From: Octopus vulgaris
Taxonomy: Eukaryota
Reading direction: 5' to 3'
Assembly (NCBI GenBank): GCA_951406725.2
Contig: OX597823.1
Coordinates: 31,930,001-31,994,000 of the forward strand
Length of the DNA stretch: 64,000 nt
In this document: positions 27,249 through 38,692 of the stretch, piece by piece
Layout of the letters: every line of letters begins with the position of its first letter
Position numbering within the stretch: the first letter of the stretch is position 1
Made by a program: the position numbers and the translations under genes
The notes under the pieces: generated by a model
What the model saw: the letters and a program-made list of their open reading frames with translations, nothing else
Told to the model about the DNA's origin: nothing
Databases searched by the model: none

Positions 27249-30200
27249 TCTTTTACCCTTTTACTTGTTTCAGTCATGTGACTATGGCCATGCTGGAGCA
27301 CTCTTTAGTCGAGCAAATCGACCCCAGGACTTATTCTTTGTAAGCCTAGTACTTATTCTATCGGTCTCTTTTGCCGAACTGCTAAGTTACGGGGACATAA
27401 ACACACCAGCACCAGTTGTCAAGTGATGTTGGAGAGACAAACACAGACACACATACACATATATATATACATATACATGATAGGCTTCTTTTGAGTTCCC
27501 ATCTACCAAATCCGTTCACAAGGTTTTAGTTAGCCCGAGGCTATAGTAGAAGACACTTGCCCAAGGTGCCACACAGTGGGACTGAACCCGGAACCATGTG
27601 GTTCGTAAGCAAGCTACTTACCACTCAGCCACTCCTATCATTATCATCATCATTATCATTTAACGTCTGTTGTACATGCCGGCATGGGTTGGACGGTTTA
27701 TCCATGGCCAACAAGCTGGAAGACTGTACCAGACTCTTGTCTGATTTGGCATGGTTTCTATAGTTGTATGCCTTTCCTAATTCCAACCACTCTGAGATTG
27801 TAAAGGGTGCTTTTACATGCCACCAGCATAGGGGCCCATTGTGTGACACCGGTGTCCGCCATGACTGTGATTTCACTTGGCTTGATGGGTCTTCTTCTTC
27901 TCAAGCGCAGCACAATGCCAAAAGTCTTGGTCATTTGTCATTGCCTCCATGAGGCCCAACACTTGAAAGGTGCTTTTCACATGCCACCTTGCCTCTATGA
28001 GGCCCAACGCTAGATATATACACACACACACACATATGCACGTGTGTGTGTTTGTTCATCTATGTCTTGAAATCACATGACATGTAAATGCCCATCATCA
28101 TCATCATCATCATACAAGTGATGTCCTTTGATATCAATCTTCCATAAAAACATGTCTGGCCATGAGAAATGTTGCCTGACTTGGAAGCAGTTGAGGGTTG
28201 GTGACAGGAAGAGCATCTGGCTGTAGAAAATTCTGCCTTAGTAAATTCCATCTGACCCATGCGAGCATGGAAAAGTGGACGTTAAAACAATGATGATGAT
28301 GATATATTTTAATACAAAACTATGTCCAGTTCCACATAAATGTTATTAACTCTGTCTTATGGTAATTCCAGAGCTATTTCTATAGCGATGACAACTTCAA
28401 TTTCAACTATGCCCAGGCCAAAGCTGCCAATGGAAATTTCAAAGATGCTGAAGAGGTTGGTACTTTCCATCCATATTACCCTTATGTTGCTTTTATATTC
28501 TGCAGCCCCTAACATCATTTCCCCAACCCCTCAGACATATAAAGCTACCTAAATGTTACTGGTGTTTGTGATGATGGTATTGGTGATTGTGTGGTTATGG
28601 TGCCTTCAGACTAGACTGTGGCTGCCAGATTTCTACAAATGTCTGAAAGTTTTTTTTTTAGGAATATCCCACTCCTTAGTGCTAGTGGGTGATTGGAAGG
28701 GCATTTTGGATGCATGCAGGGACTGTCTGGGGGGCCACCTAATAGGTGAAGGGATGCAAAAGCCTTGCAAACCAGCTCAGATGCTTCCAACTGACTGGTA
28801 CCAACTGGATTTCCTGGACAGGCCAGTGTGGACATGGCCAAACTGCATCAAGTCATCCAGAGCTTACTTCAAGTAATTTGTTGGCCAATACACAGAGATA
28901 GCGCAGGTTTTCCATAATTTAAAATGGTCAGCTACACAGACCACAGCTTTATTATCTGTACAGTTGACTGAGTTAGGCTTTATAAGTAACAATCTGATTA
29001 CTGCTCCCAGCATAACAGACTTATAGTTTGGATTAGCAATATAGCTGATGGGGGCAATCACCAACAACAAACGGTGGTTCACCCTGAAAAGGGCAATTAG
29101 AGTAACATTGATAAGATTTAATAAAAAAAGAAAAAAACATTAGATATTATTAGATTTATAAGCCCCAAAATTCACTCCATAATTGCCCACGGGCATATGG
29201 CGTAGTGGTTAAGAGTGCAGGCTACTAACCCCAAGATTCCGAGTTTGATTCCAGGCAATGACTTGAATAATAATAATAAGAACAACAACAACAACAACAT
29301 TGATGGTCTGATTGCTGATTCACAAATATGCTCCATTCCAAGCAAATTTATCCTCAACAGCCTCCATCTCATGCAATACATCATAGAGGAAGGGAATAAA
29401 GAACCTGGCAAGGGTGGGGCCTTGATTAATTTAGATCAATCAAAAGCTGTCAGTAGGGCCGATGACTAATACTCTGTAGCTGTTCTCACAGCAGCTGGTT
29501 TCAGTCCTGTCTTTTGCAGTTAGAATTTCACGATGTGGATTGAGAGAGGAGGATGAGGAGAGGACATTTGCCTTAGTGATCAGGGAAATTGCAATTTGTT
29601 GGGTTCCTATGAGCATACTTCAAAAGTTGCCTCCTTTGGGGAAATTTTTTCTTGTTTGAATCTTTTTGTTTCTTTTTTTTTGTTGTTGTTGTTATTTTAC
29701 TGTTTACATGCTTCCATGGGGTTGATAAAATAAGTATCATTCAAGTACTAAGGTTGATGTAATTCACTTCCCCCTCCCCTCAAAAACTCCTGCCCCTCTG
29801 CCAAAATTTGAAACCGTTACTATTTCCTTTTTTATTACATTAAACCTGTTTATTCTTTTACTTGTTTCAGTCAGTTGATTGTGGTCATGCTGGAGCACCA
29901 CCTTTAGCAAAACCCTCACAACACACACACACATTCTTTGTTTTGTCCTATACTGTTCATAATGATTTTCTTACTGTAAACTCCTTGTGGTCAGTAAAGA
30001 AATCATCATCATCATCATCATCATTATTTTTAAGGCACCCCGTAGCTTTTGTGGGGTTTTCTACGAGGACCTTAAAGCACCTCCCCTATTAGGAGTTTAA
30101 TTTGTTCCATTTTTTTTTTTGTTATTACATTGTATACAAGGGAAAACCCATTGTTTCGTCCTGTTTGTGTCTTTTATGTTGTTGCATGTCTTTTATTGTT

Positions 30201-30669
30201 TTATATGTGAGCCCTTGTGGCCAATAAAAGAATTATTATTATCATTATTATTATTATTATTGTTATTATTGTTATTAAGGTGGTGAGCTAGCACAAATGC
30301 TAAGCAGTATTTCACCCATCACTACGTTCTGAGTTCAAATTCCACCGAGGTCAACTTTGCCTTTCATCCTTTCGGGGTTGATAAAATTAAGTACCAGTGA
30401 AACACTGGGGTTGATGTAATCGACTGGTCCCCACCCCAAAAATTTGAGGCCTTGTGCCTCCAGCAGAAAGATTTATTATTATCATTATTATTATTATTAT
30501 TATTGAGTGAGCGAGCAGAGCATGCCATCAAAGTGACACTGGGGTAAAATATACGAAGCCCAGTATACCCATCATGACTACCCGTCTGATAAGGGTACAC
30601 CAGGCACATGCATCACAACCATATGTGCGCAACATGGTGATCTCATATCAAGATAAACAGCACATGACC

Positions 30670-30740
<71 letters not shown>

Positions 30741-32627
30741 TCTAAATGTCTTTTCAGATTTTCTGTATGATCCAGAGTGAGAAGATAAAGCATGACTATG
30801 TCTACATCAGTTGGTTGGCCAGATGCTGTAAGATAATATGCCATATTCTGTGGGCTGGCGGTGGGTGTGAGGGGAGGGGTGTCTTTCCAAGCCCTAGATT
30901 CACTTCACTCTTTAAATGTTCTTCACATCTTTGGGGAAGCCATGAACATCACAATCTTCCATTGCTCTTATCTTAAACTATATTAACAGCATTTTAAAAA
31001 GTGATTTTATGGTTTAAGAATATATGCATATATATATATATATATATGATGGCTGCCCCTTTGTTATCGAGTATGGCCATTGCATGAAGCTTAACTGTTA
31101 TTAGTGCTGTGATCGAATGTGACTTTTTAGCCCAGCTAAAGATCTACAATGTCTTGTACAGAATTGGCAGCTAAAACCTTAAACCTTTGCCGGTAATAGC
31201 CGGCTGTAGTTGTAACTGGGCTTCATGTACCTTTGCATGTCGTTTAAGTCCTCCTGCCGAATTACACTCTCTTCCATATGCCTGACAGATATGATTAGTA
31301 TGGTGTGTAACACCATCACCAGTGGCCAGGTTGTGACTCATCTGTCTCGCTTTATGACTATGAAGATGACTCTCGAGTCCAGCTTTACTGAGGCAGGGTC
31401 TTGCACAGACACTGCATGTCAGCATCATAGGAAGACCCTTTCCACCTGGAAGTGTAACAGCGATGCCCTTCCTGACATCCTATATGTATACATACATACA
31501 TACATACATACATACATACATGCATGCATGCATGCATGCATGCATGCATGTATGTATGTATGTATGTTGCAAAGGAAAACAAGCACATTAACCACACAGC
31601 TATGCCTGCATTTTTAGCTCAAACTCCAGAAGTCTTCCAGGCCATCGTCTCAGCTATTGTTGCAGCATAAGGAAGAATGGACTTGGCACAGTTCTATATT
31701 TAAGAGATGAGGAATTATGTACATTATTTACATTTGACGGATATTGGTCCTCATCTTGTTTGTTGTTAACACAATGTTTCGGCCGATATACCCTCCAGCC
31801 TTCATCAGGTGTCTTGGGGAAATTTCGAACCTGGCGTTGTGGTTAATAGCGCAGGCTACTAACCCCAAGATTCCAAGTTCGATTCCAGGCAGTGACCTAA
31901 ATAATAATAAGAAGAAGAAGAAGAAGAATAACATTGAAAAATACCTTAGGAATGAGAACCCAAGTGTAAATAATGTACATAATGTATGGACTTGACAGTT
32001 CTTATTTAGGAAACTGGGGTCAACTGTCAGTGATGGATTGTACTTTGCCAACAGACATGTTCTCTGTGCAACAGCATCATCTAACCTTATTTTCCCAACA
32101 TGGATACCTATATACCATCACTTCCAGTGACTCCTAGTGTGTGCATATGTGAATGCATATTCATGTGTAAGAGTGTCTGAGTGTTTGTGCTTGTGAATGA
32201 ATGTGTATACGAGTGAACATGTGCAAGTGTTTACACATGTAAGTGTGAATATATATTAGTGTGTGTGTGTGTGCATAAGTGAGTGGCTACACATGCAAGT
32301 GTGAGTGTATGTACCTTTCATTATCTACACATGCAAGTGTCTATATGTGTTTAATGTCTGTGTTTATTGTTATTCTGCAGACATTATGAATCACAAACCT
32401 CGTAATGCCTGGGAACTTTACCTGAAGATGGAAACTTCTGGCGAATCTTTCAGTCTCCTACAGCTGATTTCTAATGATTGTTATAAGGTGAGCTATTAAA
32501 ACACACACACACATTGTGATTTACGCATGCATCCACACATGCTTCACACACAGATGTATAAACACATGCACACATACATGCTTTACAGACACACACTCTG
32601 TTGTAGGTGGGTATATTTATATTTTTT

Positions 32628-32659
<32 letters not shown>

Positions 32660-33061
32660 GATGAAAACGATGAATAGCCTTCGCGTAAACTATTGGTTCG
32701 TTTTGTTCTCTTACTTTATTATCATCTTATAATCATCTCATAATAATGACCTTTATGACTCGTATTACTACCTCAGTCAATCTAAATGTATATATTTGTC
32801 ACTACCTGTCATAAATAGCCTTTTTCTATTTGCAATATGCCTTTTCGTTGATTTTTCATATTTTACCCTTACATTTCCACGTGTATTTTATATTTTCTTT
32901 TCGTAACATATTTCTACTATATATATATATATATGTATCATCATCATCATCATCATCGTCGTTTAACGTCCGTTCTCCATGCTAGCATGGGTTGGACGGT
33001 TCGACCGGGGTTCTGGGAAGCCAGAAGGCTGCACCAGGCTCCAGTCTAATCTGGCAATGTT

Positions 33062-33103
<42 letters not shown>

Positions 33104-34713
33104 AACATGTGTGTGTATGTGTGTAAATCAGAAAAAAGCACACTGTAAAAGAGAATTTGAGTGATTAAACCTTAATATTGTCAAATAGTATATTCCTAGT
33201 TATGGCATATAACTGGTCAGAAAGTTATCATTAGTTTCATGTCTGTTATTGCACTTGGTAATACTGACAACTCATCAGACATGTTGGCTGGAAGCACTTC
33301 ACCTTTTCAATGCTGAAGGTGAAAATACAATCTTGGTTAGCTTTGTATTAAAAGCAAGAAACTTCCTTATCTTTCCTGAAGGGGAAGGAAGAGTTGTCTG
33401 CCATATCTGAGTTCAAGAAATCCCCTGGATTGTGAAATTTCTCAGCTAAGAAAAATTTGCACTGTCTGCTTTTATTCAATTCTAGCACAGGTTGTATCAG
33501 CTGCTTCTAGTTAATTTTGTAGAGCATCCCTTACTCTTTTAATTGCCATATGTGGTTGATTATGTTCAATCCTAAAGGAGGACCTGTGATTATTTAACCT
33601 GGCCTTAAAGAAACCTTCCATCACCCCAACATATTTTTGTATGTATGTCCCTCCGTTGCTGCTCTTTTTATTGTTGTTAGACACCACCACTTCTGCTTTT
33701 TAGACCACAGCCTCATTATTGCATCATCCATTCACTGGTTAATCACTGCTAATGCTACATGTGCATCTTGCTTCTGCACAGGGCTTTAGGGCATTCACTA
33801 ATATTGTTTGACATTAGGTGCACAGTTATGACTATTGAATAATCTATATCTATGGCGCTGTATGAAATGCTTATCTAATCTGAGGAGGACCCTTCTTATG
33901 CAGGTTTCAAAGTTAAGTGAAAATGATGGGGCAAACCATAGGACTTTAGTGTCAGGCATATAAGTGATGTAATCCTTAAACTAACTGGCTGCAATAAGGG
34001 CTACTGCATCAAAAGCATCTTTATTCAAGGATAGATTTGAAATACTCTTACTGAGACCTTTTAAGAGGTGTTTAAAGCCTGTAAGCAGGAGGCTGTGATG
34101 ATATACAATAACCTTTCATTAGGTTTGCAGTAACACCTGTATGAACTACTCCACAAATGAAGTATTGCATCTAAGAAATTTACTGCGATAAAGTTTGTCT
34201 TAATGGTAACTTGAAGTCCAAGGGAGTTTAGGATGTGACTCAGGTCTTTCCTTAGCCTGTCTAAAAATGAACCAGGTCTTTCCTTAGCCTGTCTAAAAAT
34301 GAACCAGGTCTTTCCTTAGCCTGTCTAAAAATGAACCAGGTCTTTCCTTAGCCTGTCTAAAAATGAACCAGGTCTTTCCTTAGACTGTCTAGAAATGGCT
34401 AAAGTTTTATCCCTATACAGACCAAATTGGGTTAATTAGAATTTCTTGAGGTGTCAGGTATAAATAATCGTACGTGGTCACTGTTGAATAATCCCATCTC
34501 AACATTGAAGGAGCTTCCTGGGTCAGTTTGTTTGACTTAGGATGCTAAACCATTGTCAAACAGCAGGGTTTTTCTGCCATGCATTATTATCTCTATATCC
34601 CTTTGCTGACATTGATAAATTCCTTAGAAAGATAAGCAGTCCTTTGATGTAGGTGAATAAATGTCTATCATATCAAATTGGGTGAACCTAGCTCTCTCCC
34701 TCTTTCTTTCTTT

Positions 34714-34757
<44 letters not shown>

Positions 34758-37700
34758 GTGCATATATATATATGTATGCATACATGCATACATATATATA
34801 TATATATGAGTCAAGTACATCCACACAGCATAAAAATCAAATGGAAATTGTAGTTATGATACCCGTGCCGGTGGCACATAAAAAACACCATCCAAATGTG
34901 GCTGATGCCAGCGCCACCTGACTGGCGTCTGTGTCGGTGACACATAAAAAGCACCAACCAATCATGGCCGTTGCCAGCCTCCTCTGGCCCCTGTGCTGGT
35001 GGCACATAAAAAGCACCCACTACACACATGGAGTGGTTGGCGTTAGGAAGGGCATCCAGCCGTAGAAAGGAAGAGCATCCAGCCGTAGAAAGGAAGAGCA
35101 TCCAGCCGTAGAAAGGAAGAGCATCCAGCCGTAGAAAGGAAGAGCATCCAGCCGTAGAAACACTGCCAGATCAAACTGGAGCCTGGCACAGCCTCCTGGC
35201 TTCCCAGACCCTGGTCGAACTGTCCAACCCATGCTAGCATGGAAAACGGATGCTAAATAATGATGATGTTTGTGCATACCAAATCCACTTACAAGTCTTT
35301 AGTTGGCCCAAGACTATTGTAGAATATACTTGTCTATGGTACCACCAAGTGCTACTGTATTTGAAAGTATGAGGTTAACAAATGAACTTCTTGCCTGGAC
35401 ATCCAGGCTTGTGTCAATATATATATATTAAGGCAGTGAGCTGGCAGAAACATTAGCACGTCGGGCCACATCACTTAGTGGTATTTCGTCTGTCTTTACG
35501 TTCTGAGTTCAAACTCCGCCAAGGTCAGCTTTGCTTTCATCCTTTCAGGATCGATAAATTAAGTACCAGTTGCATACTGGGGTTGATCTAATCGACTAGC
35601 CCCCTCCCCAAAAATTTAGGGCCTTGTGCCTAGAGTAGAAAAAAAAATATATATATGTATTATATAATGTATGTGTGCATATATATATATATAAACCATG
35701 CCAAAACAGACAGAGAGCCTGAAAGGCTCCTGTCAAACCATCTAACCCATGCCAACATGAAAAACAGACGTTAAATGATGATGTTGTTGATGAATGTGAT
35801 GAGGTCTTTAATGGTTTCTTTTTGTTTTTTTCTGTGTCAGATGGGTCAGTTTTATTACTCAGCAAAGGCATTCCATGTCTTGGAGAGACTCGATCCGAAC
35901 CCAGAATACTGGGAAGGTAAAAGAGGAGCCTGTGTTGGTGTTTTTCAGCAGATCATTGCAGACAGGGAAGTCAAGTGAGTACCAAACTACCCTTTTTCTC
36001 TTACCAACTATTCCATTATTGATGATGAATTCTTCATATTCCAATATTGGTTTCAAATTTTGGCACAAAGCCAGAAAGTTTGTGGGGGAGGGGTTACATC
36101 AACCCCAGTAAGCAACTGGTACTTTTTTATCAACCCCAAAAGGATGAAAGGTAAAGTCAGCCACAGCAGAATTTGAACTCAGGACATCAAGACAGATGAA
36201 ATGCCGCTAAGCATTTTACCTGACACGCTAACAATTCTGCCAGCTCACTGCCTTTCTTCGTGTTCTAATATTCTTTTCTTTTCTACTCTAGGCACAAGGC
36301 CTGAAATTTTGGGGGAAGGGGCCAGTTGATTAGATCAACCCAAGTACAATAAATTAAGTACCAGTGAAACACTGGGGTCAATGTAATCGACTAGTCCCCT
36401 CCCACCTTCAGGCATAAAATTTTAGAGGAGGTGAAGTAGTTGATTAAATATGAACCCAAGAAGGATGAATGGCAAAATTGTCAGCAGATGGATTTGAACT
36501 TAGAATGTAAGGTACATAGCTAAATGCTGAAAGGGGTTTTGTCCAGCACTCTGCCAATTCTGTCAATAAACAAGTCTAAAGATAGTGGGGAAATGTTTGA
36601 GTGGATAGAATATTCTTTTCTACTCCAGGCAGAAGACCCGAAATATTTGGGGAGGGAGCCAGTCGATTAGATCAACCACAGTATGCAACTGGTACTTAAT
36701 TTATCGACCCTGAAAGGATGAAGTACAAAGTTGACCTCGGTGGAATTTGAACTCAGAATGTAAAGACAGATGAAATACTGCTAAGCATTTCACCAAGCAT
36801 GCTAACGTTTCTGCCAGCTCACAGCCTTACAAAATATTTATTTCTTTATTTCCACAGGGGTCTAAACATAGAGGGGACAAACAAGGACGGACAAAGGGAT
36901 TAAGTTGATTACATCAACCGCAGTGCGTAACTGGTACTTACTTAATCGACCCCGAAAGGATGAATGACAAAGTCAACCTCAGCAGAGTTTGAACTCAGAA
37001 TGTAACAGCAGACAAAATACCGCTAAGCATTTTGCCCGGCATGATAACATTTCTGCTAGCTCACTTCCCTGAGTGGACAGAATATTGAATTACTACCAAT
37101 AGTGGTGATGGCCATGTAGGTAGAGTTTATTGGTATACCAACTCACAGTTTGTAAGTTCAAATCTGCCTCAAACTTCTGTTCCTATACAGAACATTTTAT
37201 TCTACTTTTCCTCCGTTTTAGTGATGGGAGGATAAATTACCAGACCATCTGGGAAGTTTACCTAAGACAAGCTGATACCCTATCCAGGTGGAATTTTATC
37301 TTTTTCCTCTCAGTTTGTGCTATGAATCTCAAATTAAGTATTAAGTTTTTACATGTTTTATATTAAATGCCTAATATAGTTAAAAGAAAGTCTGGGGACA
37401 AATTAACATGTTATTTGTTTGAAATATGGTATAAGAAAAATCCAAAGGCCAAGTCTTCAGTTACATGACAGTCGTAATAACAATTGTTTCATTATTTTAC
37501 ATATTTGTACAATATGTGTTTATATGAAAGGAAGCTGTGCTGTAACTTTTAAATCAGTTGTTGGAACTTTGTGGAAGAATTTTGCTTCATGTAATATGTC
37601 AGGAGTGATACAAATGACAAGAGTAAGTCAAATTCTGTGTTGGCCAAGGGGAGGTGGAGGATATGAATGATAAAGTCTGTAGGATATCAGTTGAGAGGTC

Positions 37701-38692
37701 AAAGCTCATCATTGGCTTTGTTTTATGTATTTGACCAAGTCCTCCCAGCTGTAAGCTTATTTTATTACAACTGTAAGTGGAAACCATAGTGAATATCATT
37801 TCACTGCTGTAATCAGTATGCACTGTGTCTAGCAGTAAAAATGGTAAATTCCATGTACAGGTGAACTGGATGATCAATGACAAATGGGTTTGGTAACTCA
37901 TTGGTTTGAGTTCAAAACCTTCTCTCAAGAATCTCTGGAAAAAAAAAAAACTGAATGACTAAATCATCTCTGCTTGACTGACCTTCATTCAATCAGATTT
38001 TCTTTTTGTCTTTTAGTCAGGAAGGAAGGCAACACCCATGACCTGTTACAAAGCCTACAAGAATGGTGGGAGGGAGAGAGAGAGAGAGAAGGAGGAAGGT
38101 ATTCTCAAAGCAGAGACCTAAGCTGAATACCTGCAACAGAGGGGACTCTGCTGGAGGGCAACCATGGTGCCAGGTGCTGGTGTTAAACCGAGTGATGGGT
38201 TAAGCCTACCATGGCAGGATCTGAACTCAGACTGCAAAGAGCCTGAACCAATACCATAAAGCATCTGGCCTGGTGTTCTTACAGTTCTACTAACTCACCA
38301 CTGCCTGGATTGGTGCTCTTTTATCAACCCTGGTCTTTGTGGAATTTGAACTCAGAGTGCAGATAGAACAAATTACCACAAAGTGTTTTTATCTGATGCT
38401 CTAACAATTCTACCATTCCACCAAATTAAGGTTGGTATAATTAGAAATATTGAGCTTAGATCTGAATGATCCCAGGTACACTACATGGAGCTGAAAGATT
38501 TCAACGGATGAGCCAATGACTAAAAAAAAGGGGGCTAAAAGACTCATTCTGTTATTAATCAGGCTTTCTTATATTTTCAGGGATCGTCTGCAAGAAGTGA
38601 TACAAATGCTAGGAAACATCAGTAACCCACAGGTAGAGTATATTACACGGACAATGAAGAAATGGGCTAAAGAAAGCAAAGTTCAGCTGTAA
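3424..38692 (+). CDS. TTC26: Intraflagellar transport protein 56 / tetratricopeptide repeat protein 26 (DYF-13), complete 17-exon CDS, 554 aa
   Basis: Manual splicing of 17 GT-AG exons gives an uninterrupted 1665-nt ORF: MMLSRAKPA...[12 protein letters not shown]...[13 protein letters not shown]...[24 protein letters not shown]...[26 protein letters not shown]...[11 protein letters not shown]...[11 protein letters not shown]. These motifs match TTC26/IFT56 as I recall it, and all intron phases are consistent. Confidence 0.97.
4753..4890 (+). CDS. TTC26: TTC26 exon 2
   Basis: ttag|ATG...GAG|gtaag; [46 protein letters not shown]. Confidence 0.95.
5184..5407. mobile_element. piggyBac-like MITE; family copies at 46058-46280 and 46303-46532, related element at 39230-39441
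   Basis: TTAA-CCCTTT...AAAGGG-TT termini; internal sequence shared among copies. Confidence 0.65.
6321..6510. repeat. inverted repeat (~62-bp arms) just upstream of TTC26 exon 3
   Basis: AGATTATTTGCCAACATAACATGGC...CCTGGTTTAGG / CCTAAACCAGG...GCCATGTTATGTTGGCAAATAATCT. Confidence 0.8.
6615..6707 (+). CDS. TTC26: TTC26 exon 3
   Basis: ccag|...|gtaag; [31 protein letters not shown]. Confidence 0.95.
7378..7592 (+). mobile_element. representative of the most abundant tRNA-derived SINE family (many copies, e.g. 9218-9425, 15408-15630, 30278-30470, 35430-35640, 36050-37070, 61925-62580)
   Basis: GAGCTGGCAGAATCGTTAG...GAGTTCAAATTCC...GACTTTGCCTTTCATCCTTT...AAGTACCAG recurring in both orientations. 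Confidence 0.85.
8345..8845 (-). mobile_element. 3' end of an R4/Dong-like LINE (restriction-like endonuclease) in a (TAA)n array
   Basis: Minus-strand [12 protein letters not shown]...[13 protein letters not shown]...[17 protein letters not shown]...LQKTALL; flanked by TAA repeats. Confidence 0.7.
8876..9185 (-). mobile_element. 3' end of a second R4/Dong-like LINE; sister copy at 12874-13130
   Basis: Minus-strand ...[24 protein letters not shown]; both copies abut (TAA)n tracts. Confidence 0.65.
9702..9816 (+). CDS. TTC26: TTC26 exon 4
   Basis: ttag|...G|gtaag; [38 protein letters not shown]. Confidence 0.93.
11136..11331 (+). CDS. TTC26: TTC26 exon 5
   Basis: aag|GT...AG|gtaag; [66 protein letters not shown]. 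Confidence 0.95.
13536..13605 (+). CDS. TTC26: TTC26 exon 6
   Basis: gtag|A...CAA|gtaag; [23 protein letters not shown]. Confidence 0.95.
16021..16122 (+). CDS. TTC26: TTC26 exon 7
   Basis: acag|...GAG|gtatg; [34 protein letters not shown]. Confidence 0.95.
16649..16877. mobile_element. mariner-derived MITE
   Basis: TIRs TATTGGGTTGATGTATAATTATTG / CAATAATTATGCACCAACCCAATA; TA context; internal [15 protein letters not shown] transposase C-terminal remnant. Confidence 0.75.
17567..17641 (+). CDS. TTC26: TTC26 exon 8
   Basis: ctag|...ATG|gtaaa; [25 protein letters not shown]. Confidence 0.93.
17876..18898. mobile_element. larger foldback element (arms ~290 bp) hosting copy A; carries the hammerhead-like tail GAAACAGCTGTA in both arms
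   Basis: 17876-17984 plus 18415-18575 is the reverse complement of ~18595-18898; TACAGCTGTTTC near 18511 and GAAACAGCTGTA near 18656. Confidence 0.7.
17985..18403. mobile_element. tRNA/hammerhead foldback element copy A
   Basis: Inverted arms; tail on right; TSD GTTCCAGAATA at 17974-17984 and 18404-18414. Confidence 0.85.
18925..19235 (+). mobile_element. mariner transposon 3' fragment with terminal inverted repeat (TIR)
   Basis: [63 protein letters not shown], then ...ACTTTTTGACTCACCCTTGTA. Confidence 0.85.
19677..19779 (+). CDS. TTC26: TTC26 exon 9
   Basis: caag|...G|gtaag; [34 protein letters not shown]. Confidence 0.95.
21146..22618 (-). mobile_element. 5'-truncated RTE-clade LINE (RT C-terminal half + 3' UTR)
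   Basis: ORF 21934-22710: [15 protein letters not shown]...[12 protein letters not shown]...FHYLG...[14 protein letters not shown]; downstream [17 protein letters not shown]. The 3' UTR is shared with many short (GAT)n-tailed copies (e.g. 935-1270, 11430-12110, 14215-14590, 17200-17540, 49050-49360, 62600-63150). Confidence 0.9.
23168..23548 (-). mobile_element. representative of a second tRNA-derived SINE family with an internal (TA/TG)n tract (copies 27250-27635, 44500-44900, 50990-51355)
   Basis: Head GTGTGGTAAGTAGCTTGC...GGTTCAGTTCC and CTTGGGCAAGTGTCTTCT motif; conserved tail ...CAGTCAAATGACTGAAACAAGTAAAA. Confidence 0.85.
23603..23712 (+). CDS. TTC26: TTC26 exon 10
   Basis: ttag|AT...ACA|gtaag; [37 protein letters not shown]. 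Confidence 0.95.
24631..24952 (+). mobile_element. tRNA-derived SINE (second copy 46641-46966)
   Basis: A box TGGCTTAGTGG, B-box-like GAGTTTGATTCC; ~320-bp near-identical copy elsewhere; splits an older repeat. Confidence 0.85.
25406..25469 (+). CDS. TTC26: TTC26 exon 11
   Basis: acag|...G|gtaag; [21 protein letters not shown]. Confidence 0.95.
26281..26369 (+). CDS. TTC26: TTC26 exon 12
   Basis: gcag|AT...AAG|gtgag; [30 protein letters not shown]. Confidence 0.95.
26433..26989. mobile_element. tRNA/hammerhead foldback element copy B
   Basis: Inverted arms with head-to-head tRNA-like segments; tail on left; TSD ATGGATGTTATAT at 26420-26432 and 26990-27002. Confidence 0.85.
28372..28455 (+). 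CDS. TTC26: TTC26 exon 13
   Basis: ccag|...GAG|gttgg; [28 protein letters not shown]. Confidence 0.95.
28660..29530 (+). mobile_element. decayed Tx1/L1-like LINE fragments
   Basis: [13 protein letters not shown] (APE-like) and [16 protein letters not shown] (RT LDQ.KAFDR-like). Confidence 0.65.
29145..29303 (+). mobile_element. single-arm fragment of the tRNA/hammerhead family (tRNA-like head with upstream flank)
   Basis: TTAGATTTATAAGCCCCAAAATTCACTCC...GGCGTAGTGGTTAAGAGTGCAGGCTACTAACCCC...GAGTTTGATTCC matches the copy D right arm. Confidence 0.75.
30758..30827 (+). CDS. TTC26: TTC26 exon 14
   Basis: tcag|...T|gtaag; [23 protein letters not shown]. Confidence 0.95.
31050..32130 (-). mobile_element. 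LINE 3' remnant with C2H2 zinc fingers, interrupted by foldback copy C and a (TACA)n tract
   Basis: [23 protein letters not shown] and [23 protein letters not shown]; no splice context. Confidence 0.5.
31689..31985. mobile_element. tRNA/hammerhead foldback element copy C (internally deleted)
   Basis: Same family; TSD ATGGACTTG(G/A)CA at 31677-31688 and 31986-31997. Confidence 0.8.
32381..32487 (+). CDS. TTC26: TTC26 exon 15
   Basis: gcag|AC...AAG|gtgag; [36 protein letters not shown]. Confidence 0.95.
33190..34700 (-). mobile_element. decayed Penelope-like retroelement (RT + GIY-YIG endonuclease), with frameshifts and stops
   Basis: Minus-strand fragments [93 protein letters not shown], typical of PLE ORFs. 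Confidence 0.8.
34241..34397. repeat. 32-bp minisatellite (4 perfect copies + partial)
   Basis: Unit CAGGTCTTTCCTTAGCCTGTCTAAAAATGAAC, no spacers. Confidence 0.95.
35045..35159. repeat. 23-bp minisatellite (5 copies) inside an RTE 3' end
   Basis: Unit AGGAAG(A/G)GCATCCAGCCGTAGAA. Confidence 0.95.
35841..35974 (+). CDS. TTC26: TTC26 exon 16
   Basis: tcag|ATG...AA|gtgag; [45 protein letters not shown]. Confidence 0.95.
38581..38692 (+). CDS. TTC26: TTC26 exon 17 (last coding exon, TAA at 38690-38692)
   Basis: tcag|G GAT...; [36 protein letters not shown]. Confidence 0.95.

Noticed and set aside
31171-31428. C2H2 zinc-finger ORF as a nested transcription factor gene
   Set aside because: Second finger degenerate, no splice sites, interrupted by a microsatellite and a foldback insertion; looks like a LINE tail
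34241-34397. 32-bp direct repeats as a CRISPR array
   Set aside because: Units are contiguous with no spacers; eukaryotic intron, no cas genes
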